64,000 nt of DNA from Haliotis cracherodii (lineage: Eukaryota). Under the pieces are notes generated by a model, which was not told where the DNA came from, ran no database searches, and saw nothing but the letters and a program-made list of their open reading frames with translations. This document shows positions 58,884 through 64,000 of the stretch, piece after piece. Each line of letters starts with the position of its first letter. Position 1 is the first letter of the stretch. The stretch covers positions 6,200,001-6,264,000 of the forward strand of contig NW_027266266.1 of the NCBI RefSeq assembly GCF_022045235.1. Reading direction: 5' to 3'. The position numbers were made by a program, and so were the translations under genes.

Positions 58884-59536
58884 TAGCTCTTAACACACCA
58901 GCCCCGACGGTCAATTCTTAAGTGTATACTCTCTGTATTACCCGCCGAAGTACAGCTGCCATGGCTTTATCAGGCATGGTGTCTAGGACCATGTTCTTTC
59001 AGTGGCCTTGATGGTGTGGAGGAAATATACAATATCTGCCCCATCTCTGTACTGAATCCTTCCTTACAAAAATAAGTTTGTGTAAATCGTATCTACAGCT
59101 GTCCACCATCGAGGAATATGACATTTAAGAAATAGATTGAGAAAGATTGCGTCACCTGACCCAGCTACAGTTTATCCCACGGCACCCTCGGAGACTTAGA
59201 GAGACGTTAAACTAATGTAAGCAAGGCTGTTCGACGGACTGAACAGATGTTCATAAGGCAAAACACAACGCACAGTCGAGCATAATATAGGACACTTAAC
59301 CGGGGTAGTATAAACCTTGGACTGCAGTGTGAGAGAAGGCATTCTTCATGTATTGGTAATTTCTTGAAAGTTAATAGTCGTCTCAAAGATGAGGTGAGGT
59401 GAAATTGGGTTTAAGGTCGCGATCACTGAAAATCAGTGATGACACCAGGTGTTCGCGAAAAGGGCAAGTATGTCCTGCCCTACCTGTAGGTAAAAATAAC
59501 CTAGTACGAAAATTAGAGGTACGTACTGAATCGCGT

Positions 59537-59678
59537 NNNNNNNNNNNNNNNNNNNNNNNNNNNNNNNNNNNNNNNNNNNNNNNNNNNNNNNNNNNNNNNN
59601 NNNNNNNNNNNNNNNNNNNNNNNNNNNNNNNNNNNNNNNNNNNNNNNNNNNNNNNNNNNNNNNNNNNNNNNNNNNNNN
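59537..59678. other. Assembly gap
   Basis: Run of 142 N. Confidence 1.
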
Positions 59679-60539
59679 TCAACATTTTAATTTTACTCAC
59701 TTTAGAAAAACCTCGAAACGATGCCGACTGACCTCAAGGTAGCGCACGTATCTCTGCAGATACGCGTGGCGTACATGGAGAACCTCCCCCTGCCTATATG
59801 TGTACACAGAACTCCCTTCGGTAATATAACGGGAGGTACATGTCTGCCTGCTAAAGTAGACTGGCCATTAATCACACGAAATCCAGGTAACCACATCCAA
59901 TCTCGGCGAGATGAAACAATATGTTTATAGACGTCGGATGGATAAACGATCCGATTATAAGTACCATTCCATTAAATGAAAAATGATAATTTGCGAAACA
60001 AGCTTCCGAACAAAAGCGACATGGGAAACTAAGAGCCTGATAATGAAGAGCAAATCCTGTATTAATTCCCGCGTGGTCTGACTAGCACCAGACAAACTAC
60101 ACATTGTTCTTGTTCGTTGTTTGATGGCGGTATGGGCAGTTTACAGCGGGGTATATGGGAACTTGCTGAACGAACATATATTAAGTTTTTCTCCCTACTT
60201 GTAAGCAGCAGAATATCTGCCCTTGCCCAGCAAATGTAATTAAAAATTAACATGTCGGTTTTTGTATCAGCAAAATCAATAAATGAGCTATCATGTTGCT
60301 GGATTATCTTGTCAAGACTATTGTTTACGTGCCGGTGCCGTAAAACTGTGCGGCGTGAGGCAACGAAAACAAACAATTACTTTTTATTTGATATGCTCCA
60401 GACTGTTGAAAAGAAAGGAAAATGTCTGTCACCAAAGTTACTTCGTAGCAAGGTGATATTCTTTAAATAAAATTCAGGCTGAGCGTTTTAAAAAAAAGAA
60501 GCTGGTTTTGGTGCTGTAGCTATAAAATAAATCTAAATA

Positions 60540-60714
60540 CAGTAAACTACGGTTATAACGAACTTAAAGGGACCACTAACTTTAGTTTGTTATAACCGTA
60601 GTTCGTTATGAGCATATATACAGCATAACTATAGCAAATAGTCGAGACAAAAAAGTCAGTTCGTTATATCCGTCAGTTCGTTATAAGCGTGTTCGTTATA
60701 AACGTACTTTACTG
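60540..60714. mobile_element. pogo/Tigger-type MITE, same family
   Basis: Near-identical to 38244-38419; TA flanks. Confidence 0.88.
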
Positions 60715-61854
60715 TACAAAACAAAATCCCGCCATTCCAGCCTAGTTCGGCAAGGGTGGAAGCTGGACTTTTATAGTCAGTTAAGGATAAGGATAGGTTT
60801 TATTCCGTACTGAAAGGCCTCAGGCCGATAGTACAATTCTGTTTTCGGGAGTGGTTACAGATCTGTTTAACAGGTCATATTCTAATTGACATAGCATGAT
60901 AATTCCCTTGCCTCGGGAAGACGATATTAAGAATACACAAATACAATAGTGTAGATAAGATGAATCAACAAATAATAAAAAGTATCTACCACTCACCCTT
61001 GATAAAAATATTTCCTGCGGTAAGTCAGTGAGCCGTGGTCCACATGCACAGTGATGCAGACAACATCACATTGACATGACATGCATAACCTCAGTGACAT
61101 GAGCCAAATAACATTCAGTGTCGACATAAGGGTTTTAACAGAAGCGACAGGCCTGTTGGTCGTAATTACACCCCTTTGTTCAACGTGTTTTATTTTGATG
61201 AAATGTCTGTCAAGCCATTGTTGCTCCATATGGCCCTTTCCGATCAATTGCAAAATTGAGGTTAATAAGTCCGGAAATTCATATCTGTATAATTGAAAAC
61301 TTGTTTGCAGAATATGTATTTGATAGGGAATGAATGCTGTCAGATAATGATTATAATAAAGGTCCCCAACACAACTGTAGCACGCCGTCAATGGTATTTT
61401 TGTAGCACCGTGAAGAGCCATTTGTACATAGCCAAAACGTATTTTCCTGACGACGTATTGAATGGAACATATTTTAATGGTTTTAAAGTACGTGAAAAAT
61501 TAAATTTGCTTTATTTGTCATTTGATCTTTAAATCTTCCTCAAGGCAGCATTACGTTAAAATAATACCCCCAAATTATATGTTGATGTTACCAATGGGGA
61601 AGTCCGGTATTTCATTTATTGTTTTCTCATTAAACTTCAGATGGCAGGAAACGATTGATTAAATTTTTTTAATAGACATCATGTTAAATTCAGCCTTGAA
61701 ATCTGCATTGTTGAAGGAAAGGATATTATCGCAATATATATTGCAATGGTTAAAATTTATGATATTTTACAATGAATACACAATGCCTTTTAGAATGTGG
61801 TCAAATTTAATAAACTTCTTTCAGTGGCATTTAGAAGTTGGTGTGATGAAGAAA

Positions 61855-61980
61855 GACAAGTTCTATGGATGAACAACTTCTTTATTACTATTAGTGCGAC
61901 GTTTTAGTGTAGATCCTAACACCTTTATCAAGCAAGTAATATCATTTGCTTGCTAAAGGTGTTAGGATCTACACCGAAAT
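61855..61980. mobile_element. Penelope-derived terminal repeat in inverted arrangement with two degenerate hammerhead-like motifs
   Basis: Arms ~61903-61935 and 61946-61979 (TTGCTTG(A/C)TAAAGGTGTTAGGATCTACAC). The flank matches 18095-18150 and has minus-strand AATAAA. Confidence 0.65.
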
Positions 61981-62052
61981 AAACCCCTCCTATTCGCTAT
62001 CTACAGTTGCCATAAATCCTCCATATAACAAGGCGATAATTTTAAAAAATCC

Positions 62053-62516
62053 CAATATCATTAAAATCAGATCTTAGTTCTCTCTACGGCTAAACAAAGA
62101 TCTCAGGACATCCCATTAGGGGTCACGTCAGAACGACCTTTCATCCGACCAATCAGAGCATCGCTTACCAGATTATGAAAGTGACAGTCGGAATGTGATG
62201 CAACCTCGAAAACTCCGAACGATAGTTACGGGTTTAACGACTGAATCCATACAATCTAGACCATCTATAAACCATTCCAGAATGTTATTTTGTTCGGGTT
62301 TCAAATTTGTAATCGAGAATTTGTCAAAATATGTTTCGAAGCGTAGTCGCCAATTTGAAATTAGTGCCGTAAAGCATGAGAAAGCTGCCTTCTGATTGGT
62401 CATTCCATTGGTCGGTCAAAGTTCGCGCAAGGTCGGCCTGACGTGACCCGTAATGGGATGTCCTCAGATCTCTGTTCAGCGGTAGTGAGAACTGAGGTCT
62501 GATTTTAATGAGATTG
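62053..62516. mobile_element. Non-autonomous TIR element, AcademH-like
   Basis: TIR CAAT(A/C)TCATTAAAATCAGA, exact 9-bp TSD AAAAAATCC, minus-strand remnant FSITNLKPEQNNILEWFIDGLD resembling a RecQ Q-motif region. Confidence 0.75.
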
Positions 62517-62802
62517 AAAAAATCCTCTCCTTCTCGCTATCTAAAGTTGCCATGAAACCTCTAATACAACAAGACGATAATAAACAAAACTCTCCTACTC
62601 CCTATCTAAAGTTGTCATGTATCCTCTTTACAACAAGACGATAATAAAAAAATCCTCTTCTTCTCGCTATCTACAGTTGCAATGAATCTTCTATATACCA
62701 AGACGATAATAAAAAAAAAATCCTCTCCTTGCTATCTACAGTTGCCTTGAATCCTCTATACAACAAGACCATAAACAATCCTCTCCTTCTCGCTATCTAC
62801 AG

Positions 62803-62919
62803 GTGCGGTCGGGTAGCCTAGTGGTTAAAGCGTTCGCAATGTGTGAAGCCCATTTCTGGTGTCCCCGCCGTGATATTGCTTGAATATTGCTATAAGCGGC
62901 GTCAAACCATTCTCACTCA
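62803..62919 (+). mobile_element. Family D SINE lacking B box, inserted in the satellite
   Basis: 14-bp TSD CTCGCTATCTACAG. Confidence 0.85.
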
Positions 62920-64000
62920 CTCGCTATCTACAGCTGCAATGTATCATCTATACAACAAGACCATAAACAATCCTTTCCTTCTCGCTATCTAAAATTGCCA
63001 TGAATCCTTTAGATAACAAGACTATTAACAATCCTCTCCTTCTCGCTGTCTACAGTTGCAATGAATCCACTATAAAACAAACGATAATAAATAAAATCCT
63101 CTCCTCGCTATTCCCAGTTGCAATGAATCCTCTATACACCAAGACAATAGCAAACACAACTCTCCTTCTCGCTGTCTACAGTTGCAATGAATCCTCTATA
63201 CAACAAGACAATAGCAAACAGAACTCTCCTTCTCGCTGTCTACAGTTGCTATGAATCCTCTATAAAACAAACGATAATAAATAAAATCCTCTCCTCGCTA
63301 TCACCAGTTGCAATGAATCCTCTAAACAACAAGACAATAGCAAACAGAACTCTCCTTCTCGCTGTCTACAGTTGCAATGAATCCTCTATAAAACAAACGA
63401 TAATAAATAAAAGCCTCTCCTCGCTATCCCCAGTTGCAATGAATCCTCTAAACAACAAGACAATAGCAAACACAACTCTCCTTCTCGCTGTCTACAGTTG
63501 ATATGAATCCTCTATACAAGACAATAGCAAACAGAACTCTCCTTCTCGCTGTCTACAGTTGCTATGAATCCTCTATAAAACAAACGATAATAAATAAAAT
63601 CCTCTCCTCGCTATCCCCAGTTGCAATGAATCCTCTAAACAACAAGACAATAGCAAACACAACTCTCCTTCTCGCTGTCTACAGTTGCAATGAATCCTCT
63701 ATAAAACAAGACAATAGCAAACAGAACTCTCCTTCTCGCTGTCTACAGTTGCAATGAATCCTCTAAACAAGACAATAGCAAACACAACTCTCCTTCTAGC
63801 TGTCTACAGTTGCAATGAATCCTCTATACAACAAGACAATAGCAAACACAACTCTCCATCTCACTGTCTACAGTTGCAATGAATCCTCTATACAACAAAC
63901 GATAATAAATAAAAGCCTCTCCTCACTATCCCCAGTTGCAATGAATCCTCTATACAAAGCAATAACAACATCAACTCTCCTTCTCACTGTCTACAGTTGC

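Larger units (their letters stand above)
61980..64000. repeat. ~57-62 bp satellite running off the window end, interrupted by a TIR element and a SINE
   Basis: Unit ~TCTACAGTTGCAATGAATCCTCTATACAACAAGACAATAGCAAACACAACTCTCCTTCTCGCTG with alternating variants. Confidence 0.94.

Overview
Repeat-dense animal genomic DNA, by inference a mollusc and probably a gastropod (molluscan-type insulin, V/Meta/Nin-domain SINE-like repeats). Most long ORFs in the track are artefacts of tandem repeats. Five host genes are supported. (1) A spliced molluscan insulin-related peptide gene that the ORF track misses as a whole: TATA 7910, non-coding exon ~7940-7970, coding exons 9749-9941 and 16032-16195, giving a 118-aa, 8-Cys prepropeptide. 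(2) A four-exon secreted short-chain-collagen-C4-like gene (minus, 22964-25808, 244 aa). (3-5) Three single-coding-exon orphan class A GPCRs, two of which are a recent tail-to-tail inverted duplicate pair. The rest is tandem arrays (seven unit families, 21-62 bp), four SINE-like families with related 3' tails, LINE fragments (I/Nimb, RLE-type, L2 tail), Penelope-like fragments with hammerhead-like motifs, and DNA transposon remnants or MITEs. Three observations stand out: a 47-bp satellite that is ~19 copies of the insulin gene's own splice acceptor plus start codon; a 54-bp satellite amplified from a Penelope reverse-transcriptase motif; and a young LINE fragment flanked by a 153-bp direct duplication that carries a hammerhead-like motif. 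All calls come from manual reading with no database searches, and repeat boundaries are approximate.
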